Positions 10,371-21,068 of a DNA stretch of 64,000 nt are shown piece by piece. The notes beneath the pieces are model-generated. The model had not been told where the DNA came from, made no database searches, and saw nothing but the letters and a program-made list of their open reading frames with translations. Source of the DNA: Lachnoclostridium sp. An14 (GTDB lineage: Bacteria > Bacillota > Clostridia > Lachnospirales > Lachnospiraceae); assembly GCF_002160755.1 (NCBI RefSeq), contig NZ_NFLE01000013.1, forward strand, positions 11,906 to 75,905, given 5' to 3'. The translations under genes and the position numbers were made by a program. Positions within the stretch are counted from its first letter, which is position 1. Every line of letters begins with the position of its first letter.

Positions 10371-11090
10371 ATGCCAACACTGACAATTCCCACACCTCAT
10401 ATGACTGCGAAGGTAGGAGACGTAGCGGAGACCGTGCTGCTGCCGGGTGATCCCCTGCGGGCCAAATTTATTGCGGAGACGTTCTTAGAGGACGCCGTAC
10501 AGTTTAACGCCGTGAGAAATATTTTCGGCTACACCGGAACCTACAAGGGAAAGAGAGTATCCGTTATGGGTACCGGCATGGGCTGCCCGTCCATCGGAAT
10601 CTATTCCTACGAGCTGATCCACGGCTACGGCTGCAAAAACCTGATCCGCATCGGCTCCGCCGGCGCCTTAAATCCCAACGTAAAGGTGAAAGACCTGGTA
10701 TTTGGAATGGGCTCCTGCACCACGTCCAACTACGTGAGACAGTTCCGCCTTCCGGGAGATTACTCCTGCATCTGCAGCTATGAGCTGCTGGAGAAGGCCG
10801 TGGCAGCCGCCAAAGAGAAGAATCTGCGGTACCACGTAGGAAACCTGCTCTGCTCCGATATGTTCTACACCCCCAATATGCCGGAGATCGGCACGTCCTG
10901 GAGCGACATGGGCGTCCTGGCGGTGGAGATGGAGTCCGCAGCCCTTTACAGCAACGCGGCCGCGGCCGGCGTGAACGCCCTCTGCATCGTGACCATCTCC
11001 GATTCCGACATCACGGGAGAGGCCATGACGGCACAGGAGAGGCAGGAGAGCTTTACCGACATGATGGAGGTTGCTCTGGCCCTGGCCTGA
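10371..11090 (+). CDS. deoD: Purine nucleoside phosphorylase, DeoD-type
   Basis: Near-colinear with E. coli DeoD (…LLPGDPLRAKFIAETFLED…GTYKGKRVSVMGTGMG…VEMESAALY…); 239 aa; RBS GGAGG. Confidence 0.9.
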   Translation: MPTLTIPTPHMTAKVGDVAETVLLPGDPLRAKFIAETFLEDAVQFNAVRNIFGYTGTYKGKRVSVMGTGMGCPSIGIYSYELIHGYGCKNLIRIGSAGALNPNVKVKDLVFGMGSCTTSNYVRQFRLPGDYSCICSYELLEKAVAAAKEKNLRYHVGNLLCSDMFYTPNMPEIGTSWSDMGVLAVEMESAALYSNAAAAGVNALCIVTISDSDITGEAMTAQERQESFTDMMEVALALA

Positions 11091-11206
11091 TGTTTGCGTA
11101 GTGCGGACATTTGTTTGCATATCGGCAAAAAACACTTGAAATTTTCCTCGTCTTGTTATAGGATAGGAGAAAAATGTCGGCAAGACAGCGAAAGAGGAGA
11201 ATGATT

Positions 11207-12292
11207 ATGGAAAAGAAACTGAGAGTAGGCGTTCTCGGCGCCACGGGTATGGTGGGACAGCGGTTCATTTCCCTGCTGGCGGATCACCCCTGGTATGAGG
11301 TGGTAACTGTGGCGGCCAGCCCCCGTTCCGCGGGAAAGACGTATGAGGAGGCTGTGGGCGGACGGTGGAAAATGGCCGTTCCCATGCCGGAGGCCGTAAA
11401 AAAGCTGGTGGTGATGGACGTGAATCAGGTGGAGGCTGTGGCCGCCACTGTGGATTTCGTGTTCAGCGCCGTGGATATGACGAAAGAGGAGATCAAAGCC
11501 ATCGAGGAGGCTTACGCCAAGACGGAGACTCCCGTGGTATCCAATAACAGCGCCCATCGCTGGACTCCCGACGTGCCCATGGTGATTCCGGAGGTGAATC
11601 CGGAGCACTTCGAGGTGATCGCCGCCCAGAAGAAACGTCTGGGAACGGAGAGAGGCTTTATCGCCGTAAAGCCCAACTGCTCCATTCAGAGCTATGCCCC
11701 GGCCCTGGCCGCCTGGAAAGAATTTGAGCCCTACGAGGTGGTGGCGACCACCTACCAGGCTATTTCCGGAGCGGGGAAGACCTTTAAGGACTGGCCGGAG
11801 ATGGTGGAGAACATCATTCCCTACATCGGCGGCGAGGAGGAAAAGAGCGAGCAGGAGCCGTTGCGCATCCTGGGCACTGTGGAAAACGGGGAGATTGTGA
11901 AGGCGAAGGAGCCGGTGATCACCTGTCAGTGCATCCGCGTGCCCGTGCTGGACGGACATACGGCGGCGGCGTTCGTGAAGTTCCGGAAGAAGACGACGAA
12001 GGAGGAGCTGGTGGAAAAGCTGGTGAGCTTTAAAGGCCTTCCCCAGGAGCTGGATCTTCCCAGCGCTCCGAAACAGTTCATCCAGTATATGGAGGAGGAC
12101 AACCGCCCCCAGGTAACCCTGGATGTGGACTTTGAGAAGGGCATGGGCATCTCCATCGGCCGTCTGAGAGAGGACACGGTCTACGACTGGAAATTTGTGG
12201 GACTGTCCCACAACACCGTCCGCGGAGCGGCGGGAGGAGCTATCCTCTGCGCAGAGCTGCTGACGGCGAAGGGATATATCAGCGCGAAATAA
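11207..12292 (+). CDS. asd: Aspartate-semialdehyde dehydrogenase
   Basis: LRVGVLGATGMVGQRF (NAD(P) Rossmann), catalytic Cys region …KPNCSIQ…, C-terminal …GLSHNTVRGAAGGAIL… Start chosen at MEKKLRVG (RBS AGAGGAGA); the ORF extends upstream to 11174. Confidence 0.9.
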   Translation: MEKKLRVGVLGATGMVGQRFISLLADHPWYEVVTVAASPRSAGKTYEEAVGGRWKMAVPMPEAVKKLVVMDVNQVEAVAATVDFVFSAVDMTKEEIKAIEEAYAKTETPVVSNNSAHRWTPDVPMVIPEVNPEHFEVIAAQKKRLGTERGFIAVKPNCSIQSYAPALAAWKEFEPYEVVATTYQAISGAGKTFKDWPEMVENIIPYIGGEEEKSEQEPLRILGTVENGEIVKAKEPVITCQCIRVPVLDGHTAAAFVKFRKKTTKEELVEKLVSFKGLPQELDLPSAPKQFIQYMEEDNRPQVTLDVDFEKGMGISIGRLREDTVYDWKFVGLSHNTVRGAAGGAILCAELLTAKGYISAK

Positions 12293-12307
12293 GCGGAGGA
12301 TAACGCG

Positions 12308-13366
12308 ATGGCTTACAGCAAAACTTTATTCGGCGAAATGCCGGACGGGCGTCAGGTATACGCCTACACTCTGGTAAACGGCCATGGGACGGAATGTACC
12401 TTCCTGGACCTGGGCGCCATCTGGAACCGGATGGTGGTGAAGGATAAAAACGGAAAGAGCCGGGATGTGATCCTGGGCTATGACCGGCCGGAGGACTATC
12501 TCCAGGACGATTCCTTCTTCGGGGCGATCGTGGGCAGAAATGCCAACCGCATCGCCGGCGGCCGCTTTACCTTGGAAGGAACAGAGTACCAGCTCACCGC
12601 CAACAACGGCCCCAACAATCTCCACAGCGGCCTGGATTTTTACCGGAACCGCCTTTGGGAGGCCCAGGCCGGAGCGGACGAGACGGGGACCTATGCCGAG
12701 TTCTCCCTCTGGAGTGAGGACGGCGACCAGGGATACCCCGGAAAGGCCAGAATCGAAGTGCGCTACACCCTGGGAGAGGATGACAGCGTCTCCATCTCCT
12801 ACACCATGGTGGCCACCAAAACCACAGTGGCCAACTTTACCAACCACGTGTATTTCAACCTGGCCGGACAGGAGACCGGGACCATTCTGGATCAGAAGGT
12901 GCGGATCCTGGCGGAACAGTTTACCCCCACGGACGCCACGTCCATCCCCACCGGGGAGATTCTTCCGGTGGAGGGAACTCCCATGGATTTCCGGGAGTTT
13001 AAGGAGATCGGACGGGAGATTGGCGCCAGTTATGACCAGCTGATCATGGCCAAAGGCTACGATCACAACTGGGTGCTGGACGGCTACGACGGCAGCCTGC
13101 GGCTGGTGGCGGAGGCGGTGGACGAAAAGACCGGCATCGGCGTGGAGGTCTACACGGACCTTCCCGGCGTGCAGTTCTACACCGGCAACTACATCGACGG
13201 CACCCGTCCCGGAAAGGGCGGGGCGAAGTACCAGGAGCGGGCGGGTTACTGCTTTGAGACCCAGTACTATCCCGACGCCGTCAATCACCCTCAGTTCCCG
13301 TCCCCCATTCTGCCGGAGGGGAAGGAATATCACACCGTCACGGTGTACAAGTTTACGGTTCGGTAA
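12308..13366 (+). CDS. galM: Aldose 1-epimerase (galactose mutarotase)
   Basis: 352 aa; mutarotase motifs (…NRIAGGRFTLEGTEYQLTANNGPNNLHSG…, …HVYFNL…, …GYCFETQYYPDA…). Confidence 0.85.
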   Translation: MAYSKTLFGEMPDGRQVYAYTLVNGHGTECTFLDLGAIWNRMVVKDKNGKSRDVILGYDRPEDYLQDDSFFGAIVGRNANRIAGGRFTLEGTEYQLTANNGPNNLHSGLDFYRNRLWEAQAGADETGTYAEFSLWSEDGDQGYPGKARIEVRYTLGEDDSVSISYTMVATKTTVANFTNHVYFNLAGQETGTILDQKVRILAEQFTPTDATSIPTGEILPVEGTPMDFREFKEIGREIGASYDQLIMAKGYDHNWVLDGYDGSLRLVAEAVDEKTGIGVEVYTDLPGVQFYTGNYIDGTRPGKGGAKYQERAGYCFETQYYPDAVNHPQFPSPILPEGKEYHTVTVYKFTVR

Positions 13367-13458
13367 ACCGGCCGTGCACCGGCGTGAGCGTGCACCAGCA
13401 ACGCACATTTAATACAATATTTAATAGAAGAAACAGCTTGCCCCAAAAGGGCAGAGTG

Positions 13459-13507
13459 GGCCCCGGCGCGGGATTCTCAAAAGAGAGTTCCGCGCCGGGG
13501 CTTTTTG
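13459..13507 (+). terminator. Rho-independent terminator after galM
   Basis: GC-rich hairpin GGCCCCGGCGCGG…CCGCGCCGGGGC followed by CTTTTTG. Confidence 0.7.
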
Positions 13508-13979
13508 TGATCCCGGGCTGCCAGGGGCAAAGCGCTGTTTATCCCTTCATTATTATAGGAAGTATTATAGGAAGTTTCACGTTTGGCAAAACGAAAGCCG
13601 GAAGCGGAAACGCGCTCCAGGCAGAGGAACACGGCTGCTGCCCAGAGTCTCTCGGCAGAAACGTACCACTTCCAGTCCACTGGCAACTGGAAAAAATACC
13701 CATTTTTACGGAGTGCAGCGGAAAATAGCCGCGCAGACTGTGAAAATCCCACAACGTGTGCAGGAAGAACAATAAAAACATCTGAAAATACCAATATTTT
13801 GAGATAAATACAAAATTGATACAAATTGTGAAAAACGAAATCGACACATCCCACCAATATTGTACAGAAAAACAAAATTGGTACAGTTTTGCTATGTACA
13901 AATATCAAATTGGTACTTATTTTCTCAAAAAAATTGGAATAAAAGTAAAAAAACATGGGCAGAAAATACAAACGCTGTA

Positions 13980-14008
13980 TTGACAAACCTGGCGGCATGA
14001 TGTACAAT
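13980..14008 (+). promoter_or_regulatory. Sigma-A type promoter of the arabinose ABC transporter operon
   Basis: TTGACA (13980-13985), 17-nt spacer, TACAAT (14003-14008). It lies in a ~700-bp AT-rich island, ~150 nt upstream of the SBP start. Confidence 0.55.
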
Positions 14009-14116
14009 TTGACCATAAGATAAAGACGGACAAAAAACAGAACAGGCATAATGACAAGAACTTCTGAGTTGTCCCGGGGCCGAACTGGTCATTATCTGAA
14101 AAAGTAAAAAAGAGGC

Positions 14117-14135
14117 AAACTTGTATTTACAAGTT
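14117..14135. promoter_or_regulatory. Candidate AraR-type operator (palindrome AAACTTGTAtTTACAAGTT) in the 5' UTR of the ara transporter operon
   Basis: 8-bp perfect inverted repeat with a TTGTA…TACAA core, reminiscent of the B. subtilis AraR box (ATTTGTACGTACAAAT). It sits between the promoter and the RBS. Confidence 0.35.
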
Positions 14136-14163
14136 GCACTCAAAATAAAAAGGAGGAAGAAAC

Positions 14164-15333
14164 ATGAAAAAAAGATTATTCAGTGTAGCCCTTGCTACGG
14201 CCATGGCATTCTCCGTGGCAGCCTGCGGAAGCAATGAGACCGCTACCACAACGGCAGCGCCGGCAGGTGATACGGAGGCGGCAGCAGATGCAGCTGACAC
14301 GACCGAGGCGGCAGAGGCGTCCACCAGCGCGGAGGGAAAGAGAATCGGTATCTGTATGCCGACCCAGTCCGCAGAGAGATGGATCAACGACGCAGCCAAC
14401 ATGAAGAAGCTGCTTGAGGAGAAAGGCTACGCTGTAGATGTGCAGTTCGCGGAGGATGATCCTCAGGCTCAGGTTACCCAGGTTGAGAACTTTGTAGCTC
14501 AGACTGTGGACTGCCTGGTTATCGCGGCTGTTGACTCTGACGTTCTGGTAAACGCAGAGGCTCAGGCAAAATCCGCAGGCATCCCGATCGTAGCTTATGA
14601 CCGCCTGCTGATGAACACCGACGCAGTTTCTTACTACGCAACTTTCGATAACGTAGGCGTTGGCCGCGTAATCGGTAACTACATCAAGGACAACAAGGAT
14701 CTGGAAGGCGCCAGAGCAAACGGCGAGTCCTACACCATCGAGTTCTTCATGGGCTCCCCGGATGACAACAACGCGCTCCTTCTTTACAACGGAATCATGG
14801 AAGTTCTCCAGGAGTACTTAGACGACGGCACTCTGGTTTGCAAATCTGGCAGAACCAGCTTTGACGACACCTGTATCCTCAGATGGTCTCAGGAGACCGC
14901 TCAGGCGAACTGTGAGAACATCCTCACTGCTTACTACGCAGATGAGAAACTTGACATTGCCTGCTCCGCATACGACGGATTCTCCTACGGCATCAAGGCA
15001 GCTTTAATGGCAGCTGGCTACACCGTTGGCGGAGAGGACTGGCCGATGATCACCGGACAGGATTCCGACGCGATGGCAGTAAAGAACATCATCGAGGGTT
15101 CTCAGACCATGTCCATCTTCAAGGATACCCGTATCCTTGCTGACAAGTGCGCAAGCATGATCGACGCGGTTCTGGCCGGAGCTGAGCCGGAAGTAAACGA
15201 CACCGAGCAGTATGACAACGGCGTATTCGTAGTTCCCACCTATATGTGTGAGCCGCTGGCCGTTGATCAGAGCAACTATCAGGAGCTCCTGGTAGACAGC
15301 GGATACTACACTGCTGAGGATCTTGGCTTATAA
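14164..15333 (+). CDS. Sugar ABC transporter substrate-binding lipoprotein (CUT2 family; likely L-arabinose/pentose)
   Basis: Lipoprotein signal MKKRLFSVALATAMAFSVAACGS, low-complexity linker, type-1 periplasmic binding fold. It is followed by a two-domain CUT2 ATPase and a single permease, in a cluster with araR/araA/araD. Confidence 0.85.
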   Translation: MKKRLFSVALATAMAFSVAACGSNETATTTAAPAGDTEAAADAADTTEAAEASTSAEGKRIGICMPTQSAERWINDAANMKKLLEEKGYAVDVQFAEDDPQAQVTQVENFVAQTVDCLVIAAVDSDVLVNAEAQAKSAGIPIVAYDRLLMNTDAVSYYATFDNVGVGRVIGNYIKDNKDLEGARANGESYTIEFFMGSPDDNNALLLYNGIMEVLQEYLDDGTLVCKSGRTSFDDTCILRWSQETAQANCENILTAYYADEKLDIACSAYDGFSYGIKAALMAAGYTVGGEDWPMITGQDSDAMAVKNIIEGSQTMSIFKDTRILADKCASMIDAVLAGAEPEVNDTEQYDNGVFVVPTYMCEPLAVDQSNYQELLVDSGYYTAEDLGL

Positions 15334-15349
15334 TTTCTAGCGGATCATA

Positions 15350-15482
15350 TCTTTGTTTAACAGGAAACTTCGTTTCCTGTTAAACAAGAATGCTCCGCAA
15401 GGAGGCACACTCCGCGCAAAGGAAAATGGCTGCTGGCGTAGCCGCGCTCCGGCGCGAGTGTGCGCCAAGCGCACACTGTTTT
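15350..15482. repeat. Intergenic palindromic repeat element, copy 2 (modules A+B+C, most complete)
   Basis: Hairpin GTTTAACAGGAAAC-ttcg-GTTTCCTGTTAAAC, then gctccgcaaggaggcacactccgcgcaaagg…gctggcgtagccgcgctccggcgcgagtgtgcgccaagcgcacactg. It sits between the SBP and ATPase genes within an operon. Confidence 0.85.
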
Positions 15483-15614
15483 AAGACAGAATGACAGACT
15501 GATAAGGGCGGCGGCAGAAAACCGTCGCCTTTGTTATACGCAATCGCCGGCCGGAAGGGGGGATTGCGGTGGAACCATACCCGCGAGGAGGCGGGAGAGA
15601 GGAGAGGCGCAAGA

Positions 15615-17174
15615 ATGGCAGAATTAATTCTGGAGATGAACCACATAACCAAGAAGTTCTCCGGCGTCAAAGCTCTGGACGATGTGAACCTGAAGGTGGA
15701 AAAGGGAGAGATCCACGCGCTCTGCGGCGAGAACGGAGCGGGTAAATCCACGCTGATGAATGTTCTGTCCGGAGTGTACCCGGCGGGAACCTACGAGGGA
15801 GACATCGTCTACAAGGGCGAGACGTGTCACTTCAAAAACATCCGCGACAGTGAGGAAAAGGGAATCGTTATCATCCATCAGGAGCTGGCGTTAAGCCCGT
15901 ACCTGTCCATCGCCGAGAACGTGTTCATGGGCAACGAGCAGGTTTCCATGAAGGGCGTGATCGACTGGACGATGACGAAGAAGAAGGCAAAGGAAGCGCT
16001 GGAGAGCGTGGGCCTGGGTCACGAGAACGTGAACGCGCCGATCAATACCCTGGGCGTAGGAAAACAGCAGCTGATTGAGATCGCCAAGGCCATGGCAAAG
16101 AACGTGGATCTGCTGATCCTGGACGAGCCGACGGCGGCGTTAAACGACGAGGAGTCCGCTCACCTGCTGGAGCTGATGCTGGAGTTTAAGAAACGCGGCG
16201 TGACCTGTATCATTATTTCCCATAAGTTAAACGAGATCAGCTATGTGGCGGATTCCATCACCGTAATCCGTGACGGCCACACCATCGAGACCTTAAAGAA
16301 GGGCGTGGACGAGTTTACGGAGGACCGCATCATCAAGGGAATGGTTGGACGTGAGCTGAGCAACCGCTATCCGGAGAGGAAGGACTGCCCCATCGGAGAT
16401 GTGGTAATGGAAGTGAAGAACTGGACGGTATACCATCCGGAGATCGCCGACAAGAAGGTGATTGACAACATCAACATCAAAGTGCGGGCCGGAGAGGTGG
16501 TAGGCCTGGCAGGCCTGATGGGCGCCGGCCGTACCGAGTTTGCCATGAGCCTGTTTGGACACTCCTACGGCCAGAAGATTTCCGGCCAGGTGTTCATGCA
16601 CGGCAAGGAAGTGAGCACTAAGACGGTGCAGGATGCCATCAAGAACAAGATCGCCTACACCTCCGAGGACAGAAAGACCTACGGACTGGTGCTGATCGAC
16701 GACATCAAGCACAACACCACCATGGCCGCTCTGGGGACTTACTTCTCCAAGCACGGCATTGTGAATAAGAACGAGGAGATCCTGGCGGCTGAGGACTACA
16801 AGAAAAAGATGAACACCAAGGCTACCTCCATCAATCAGGCGGTAGGTTCTCTTTCCGGCGGAAACCAGCAGAAGGTGGTTCTGGCCAAGTGGATGGCCAC
16901 GCAGCCGGATGTCCTGATTCTGGATGAGCCTACGAGAGGTATCGACGTAGGCGCCAAGTACGAGATTTACTGTGTCGTCAATGAGCTGGCACAGTCGGGA
17001 CACGCGGTGATCATCATTTCCTCAGAGCTTCCGGAGCTGATCGGAACCTGTGACCGGGTGTACGTGATCAATGAAGGAAAGATCGCCGGCGAGGTGAGCC
17101 GGTCTGAGCTGACCCAGGAAAATGTTATGAAGACGATTATGGAACACAATAAGGAAAAGGGAGGAGAGCAGTAA
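15615..17174 (+). CDS. Sugar ABC transporter ATP-binding protein, two fused ABC domains (CUT2; AraG/RbsA/MglA-like)
   Basis: Two Walker A/signature/Walker B sets (GENGAGKST…LSGGNQQKV…). Start set at [15 protein letters not shown] (ATG 15615); the ORF is open upstream into the repeat element. Confidence 0.9.
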   Translation: MAELILEMNHITKKFSGVKALDDVNLKVEKGEIHALCGENGAGKSTLMNVLSGVYPAGTYEGDIVYKGETCHFKNIRDSEEKGIVIIHQELALSPYLSIAENVFMGNEQVSMKGVIDWTMTKKKAKEALESVGLGHENVNAPINTLGVGKQQLIEIAKAMAKNVDLLILDEPTAALNDEESAHLLELMLEFKKRGVTCIIISHKLNEISYVADSITVIRDGHTIETLKKGVDEFTEDRIIKGMVGRELSNRYPERKDCPIGDVVMEVKNWTVYHPEIADKKVIDNINIKVRAGEVVGLAGLMGAGRTEFAMSLFGHSYGQKISGQVFMHGKEVSTKTVQDAIKNKIAYTSEDRKTYGLVLIDDIKHNTTMAALGTYFSKHGIVNKNEEILAAEDYKKKMNTKATSINQAVGSLSGGNQQKVVLAKWMATQPDVLILDEPTRGIDVGAKYEIYCVVNELAQSGHAVIIISSELPELIGTCDRVYVINEGKIAGEVSRSELTQENVMKTIMEHNKEKGGEQ

Positions 17175-18343
17175 TGGAAAAAAAGAAATATATCAACATG
17201 GATATGAAATCCTATGCCATGATTCTCGCGCTGGTCGTGATCTTTGGCCTGTTTTACGTTCTGTCAAAGGGGGCAAACGCCACTCCGGTAAACATCAATA
17301 ACCTGATCATGCAGAATGGTTACATCATCATCCTGGCTACCGGTATGCTGCTCTGCGTACTGACCGGTAACATTGATCTGGGCGTTGGCTCTGTAGTAGC
17401 TCTCAGCGCCGCCTGCGCAGGCAAGCTGGTGATGGAGCAGGGCTGGTCCGTACCGGCCTCCTGGGCAGTTGCCCTTGGCATCGGCCTGGTGATGGGCGTA
17501 TTCGCCGCCGTATTCATCGCCTACCTGGACATCCCGCCTTTCGTTGTAACCCTGGCTACCCAGCTGATGGGCAGAGGACTTACATATACCTTACTTGCAT
17601 CCAAGACCGTTGGACCCCTTCCCACCAGCTACACACAGGTGGGCGCCGGTTTCCTTCCTTCTATTAAAGTGGCCTTCGGCAGCGGGCAGATCGACCTGCT
17701 GAGCGTGGCCGTGGCCGTGGTTGCCACCGCGTGCATCCTCCTTTCCGAGCTGCGCACCATCAAGACGAATAATAAGTATGGTTTCCCGAACATCACTCCC
17801 TGGCAGATGGTTGTGAAGAATGCCATCTTCATCGTACTGATCTGGTTCATTATGACCAGCCTTGGCAGAAACAACGGTATCCCGCTGCAGCTGCTCATCG
17901 TGGGCATCATCGTGGCCATCTACCACTTCATCACCAGCCAGACCGTTGCAGGCCGTCAGATTTACGCCCTGGGCGGTAACCAGAAGGCAGCCCGCCTCTC
18001 CGGTATCAATACGAGAAGGGTATTCTTCTGGATCTATGTAAACATGGGACTGCTTTCCGCCATCGCCGGAATCATTCTTTCCGCCCGTCAGGGCGCTGCC
18101 AACCCGAAGATGGGTGACGGCGTAGAGCTGGATGCCATCGCGTCCTGCTACATCGGCGGCGCGGCTGCGGCCGGCGGCGTTGGTACTGTTACGGGAGCCG
18201 TGGTTGGAGCCCTGGTTATGGGCGTTCTGAACAATGGTATGTCCATGATCGGTCTTCCTACGGACTTCCAGAAGGTAGTTAAGGGCGCGGTTCTGCTGGG
18301 CGCCGTTACCTTCGACGTGCTGAGCAAGAGAAAGAAAAACTAA
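17174..18343 (+). CDS. Sugar ABC transporter permease (CUT2; AraH/RbsC/XylH-like)
   Basis: 389 aa, ~10 TM helices, branched-chain/ribose permease-type sequence; start overlaps the ATPase stop. Confidence 0.9.
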   Translation: MEKKKYINMDMKSYAMILALVVIFGLFYVLSKGANATPVNINNLIMQNGYIIILATGMLLCVLTGNIDLGVGSVVALSAACAGKLVMEQGWSVPASWAVALGIGLVMGVFAAVFIAYLDIPPFVVTLATQLMGRGLTYTLLASKTVGPLPTSYTQVGAGFLPSIKVAFGSGQIDLLSVAVAVVATACILLSELRTIKTNNKYGFPNITPWQMVVKNAIFIVLIWFIMTSLGRNNGIPLQLLIVGIIVAIYHFITSQTVAGRQIYALGGNQKAARLSGINTRRVFFWIYVNMGLLSAIAGIILSARQGAANPKMGDGVELDAIASCYIGGAAAAGGVGTVTGAVVGALVMGVLNNGMSMIGLPTDFQKVVKGAVLLGAVTFDVLSKRKKN

Positions 18344-18415
18344 AGCTATTGCATTTTGTTTCCCGATGTATTAGGATAAGGACGAAATAGCGAACGAAAA
18401 GGAAACGGTGTAAAA

Positions 18416-19498
18416 ATGGCAAAGTATCTGGAAATCGTGAGATGGGTGGAGAACAGGATAAAAAACGGGGAGCTGGCAGACGGCGATAAGCTGCCGCCGG
18501 AGAACGAGCTGGGGGCCATGTTCGGCTACAGCCGTCAGACCGTGCGCCACGCCCTCTCTGTGCTGGGCAAAAAGGGGATCCTGGAGTCCAGGCAGGGAAG
18601 CGGCAACTATATCCGGAGCGGCCAGTCTGCGGTTTCCGAGGATACGAGAGAGAAACGGATCAAGGTCATCAGTACCTATATCAACAGCTATCTGTTCCCG
18701 AGGGTGCTCCAGGGAATGACAAGGACCCTGGAGGCGCACGGGTGCAGCGTCGGCATCGCCTTCACCTACAATCACATCGACGATGAGAAACGGGTGCTGG
18801 AGGAGGTGCTGGGAGAGGATGTGGACGGCGTCATCGCCGAGCCGGTGATGAGCGGAATCCCCAATGTAAACTGTGATCTCTATGAGAAAATACGGGAAAA
18901 AGGGATTCCGGTGCTGTTCTTCCACTCCTATTATCCCGGCCTTGGCATTCCCCACGTGTCTTTAAATGACGTGGAGGCGGGAAAGGCGGCCGCGGAATAC
19001 CTGATCAGTCTGGGACACCGCAGGATCGCGGGAATCTTTAAGAGCGACGACGGTCAGGGACAGCGCCGCTACCAGGGCTATGTGGAGGCGCTCCGCGCCC
19101 ATGACATCCCCATCCGGGAGAGCCGGGTGGTATGGCTGGACACGGAGGACGAGAGAAACTTCACCTACTCCAGAGACCGGATTTTAAATAGGATGAAGGG
19201 CTGCACCGCCTGCGTCTGCTACAATGACGAGGTGGCCCACGCCCTCACCGGCCTGCTCCAGGAGGAGGGGATCGCCGTACCAAACGAAGTATCCCTGGCC
19301 AGCGTGGACAATTCCGAGCTAGCCAGGCTCAACGCCGTGCCCCTCACCTCGGTGATCCATCCCATGGAGAGCCTGGGGGAACGGGCGGCGGAAAACCTTC
19401 TGGCTATGATCCGGGAACCGGATTTTGACGGGACCTACGAGTTTCCCGTGGAGATCAAGGTGCGGGAGTCGGCGGTGCGCTGCAGAGCGCGGGGATAG
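18416..19498 (+). CDS. araR: AraR-type transcriptional regulator (N-terminal GntR-family wHTH + C-terminal LacI/GalR-type sugar-binding domain)
   Basis: N-terminus …GDKLPPENELGAMFGYSRQTVRHALSVLGKKGILESRQGSGNYI (GntR HTH), then a periplasmic-binding-fold domain. 360 aa, the same architecture and size as B. subtilis AraR; located in the ara cluster. Confidence 0.8.
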   Translation: MAKYLEIVRWVENRIKNGELADGDKLPPENELGAMFGYSRQTVRHALSVLGKKGILESRQGSGNYIRSGQSAVSEDTREKRIKVISTYINSYLFPRVLQGMTRTLEAHGCSVGIAFTYNHIDDEKRVLEEVLGEDVDGVIAEPVMSGIPNVNCDLYEKIREKGIPVLFFHSYYPGLGIPHVSLNDVEAGKAAAEYLISLGHRRIAGIFKSDDGQGQRRYQGYVEALRAHDIPIRESRVVWLDTEDERNFTYSRDRILNRMKGCTACVCYNDEVAHALTGLLQEEGIAVPNEVSLASVDNSELARLNAVPLTSVIHPMESLGERAAENLLAMIREPDFDGTYEFPVEIKVRESAVRCRARG

Positions 19499-19545
19499 AG
19501 CGCCGAAACTGCGTACAGCGACAACAATGAAAAGGAGAGAGCGCT

Positions 19546-21048
19546 ATGTTAAATGCAAAAAAATATAAATTCTGGTTTTGTACCGGGTCTCAGGACCTGT
19601 ATGGAGACGAGTGCCTGGCCCATGTGGCGGAGCATTCCCACATTATCGTAGACGAGTTAAATAAGAGCGGCAAGCTGCCGTTTGAGCTGGTATGGAAACC
19701 GACCCTGCTCACCAACGAGATGATCCGCAGAACCTTCAACGAGGCAAATCAGGACGAGGAGTGCGCCGGTGTGATCACCTGGATGCACACCTTCTCTCCG
19801 GCAAAGAGCTGGATCCTGGGCCTTCAGGAGTACAGAAAGCCCCTGTGCCATTTACATACCCAGTTCAACCGGGAGATCCCCTATGACACCATCGACATGG
19901 ATTTCATGAACGAGAACCAGTCCGCTCACGGCGGCAGAGAGTACGGCCACATCGTAAGCCGTATGGGCATTGAGCGCAAGGTGGTGGTAGGCCATTGGGA
20001 GGATGAGGATGTGATCGCGTCCCTGGCCTCCTGGATGAGAACGGCCGTAGGCGTGGCAGAGTCCTCCCACATCCGCGTCATGCGTGTGGCGGACAACATG
20101 AGAAACGTGGCCGTAACCGACGGCGATAAGGTAGAGGCTCAGATCAAGTTTGGCTGGGAGGTAGACGCTTACCCGGTAAACGAGATCGTGGACGCTGTGA
20201 ACGCCGTTTCCAAGGCAGACACCGACGCTTTAGTGGAGGAGTATTACAGCAAGTACACCATCCTCTTAGAGGGACGGGACGAGAAGGAGTTCAGAGAGCA
20301 CGTAGCCGTACAGGCACAGATCGAGCTGGGCTTTGAGCGGTTCTTACAGGAGAAAAACTACCAGGCCATCGTGACCCACTTCGGCGATCTGGGCGGCTTA
20401 AAACAGCTTCCCGGCCTGGCCATCCAGAGACTGATGGAGAAGGGCTACGGCTTTGGCGCTGAGGGCGACTGGAAGACGGCAGCCATGGTGAGACTGATGA
20501 AGATCATGGCGGAGGGAACTCCCAACGCTAAGGGAACCACCTTCTTTGAGGACTATACCTACAACTTAATCCATGGCAAGGAAGGCATCCTGCAGTCTCA
20601 TATGCTGGAGGTCTGCCCCACCATCGCGGACGGCGAGATCTTTATCAAAGAGCAGCCTCTGTCCATGGGCGATAGAGAGGATCCGGCCAGACTGGTGTTT
20701 ACCGCCAAGGAGGGCAAGGGCGTTGCCACCTCCCTCATCGACCTGGGAGACCGTTTCCGCCTGATCATCAACGATGTGGACGTAAAGAAACCGGAGAAGG
20801 ATATGCCGAAACTTCCGGTTGCGAAGGCATTCTGGACGCCGCAGCCGGATCTGAGAACGGGTGCCGCAGCCTGGATCTACGCCGGCGGCGCACATCACAC
20901 CGCATTCTCCTACGATCTGACCGCAGAGCAGATGGGAGACTGGGCGGCCTGCATGGGCATCGAGGCGGTCTACATCGACAAGGACACCACGATCCGCAAC
21001 TTCCGCAACGAGCTTCGCTGGAATGAGGCTTACTACAAATTCCGCTAA
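19546..21048 (+). CDS. araA: L-arabinose isomerase
   Basis: 500 aa; [24 protein letters not shown]… and overall colinearity with AraA. Confidence 0.95.
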   Translation: MLNAKKYKFWFCTGSQDLYGDECLAHVAEHSHIIVDELNKSGKLPFELVWKPTLLTNEMIRRTFNEANQDEECAGVITWMHTFSPAKSWILGLQEYRKPLCHLHTQFNREIPYDTIDMDFMNENQSAHGGREYGHIVSRMGIERKVVVGHWEDEDVIASLASWMRTAVGVAESSHIRVMRVADNMRNVAVTDGDKVEAQIKFGWEVDAYPVNEIVDAVNAVSKADTDALVEEYYSKYTILLEGRDEKEFREHVAVQAQIELGFERFLQEKNYQAIVTHFGDLGGLKQLPGLAIQRLMEKGYGFGAEGDWKTAAMVRLMKIMAEGTPNAKGTTFFEDYTYNLIHGKEGILQSHMLEVCPTIADGEIFIKEQPLSMGDREDPARLVFTAKEGKGVATSLIDLGDRFRLIINDVDVKKPEKDMPKLPVAKAFWTPQPDLRTGAAAWIYAGGAHHTAFSYDLTAEQMGDWAACMGIEAVYIDKDTTIRNFRNELRWNEAYYKFR

Positions 21049-21068
21049 GACGGAGGAGGGGAGCACCT

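Noticed and set aside
11156-13408. Long minus-strand ORFs (11156..12211, 12326..13408) antisense to asd and galM
   Set aside because: They mirror convincingly homologous + strand genes. They are high-GC antisense open frames with His/Arg/Gly-rich low-complexity translations.
13477-14049. 190-aa minus-strand ORF in the AT-rich island
   Set aside because: The Phe/Tyr/Leu/Ile-rich translation is typical of random AT-rich DNA. There is no RBS and it overlaps the promoter and operator features, so it is treated as non-coding.
15531-15614. Upstream extension of the ABC ATPase ORF ([14 protein letters not shown]…)
   Set aside because: This part of the frame crosses the repeat-element boundary. The conserved ABC N-terminus and RBS begin at 15615.
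16293-17003. 236-aa minus-strand ORF inside the ABC ATPase gene
   Set aside because: Antisense to a clear ABC ATPase; low-complexity.
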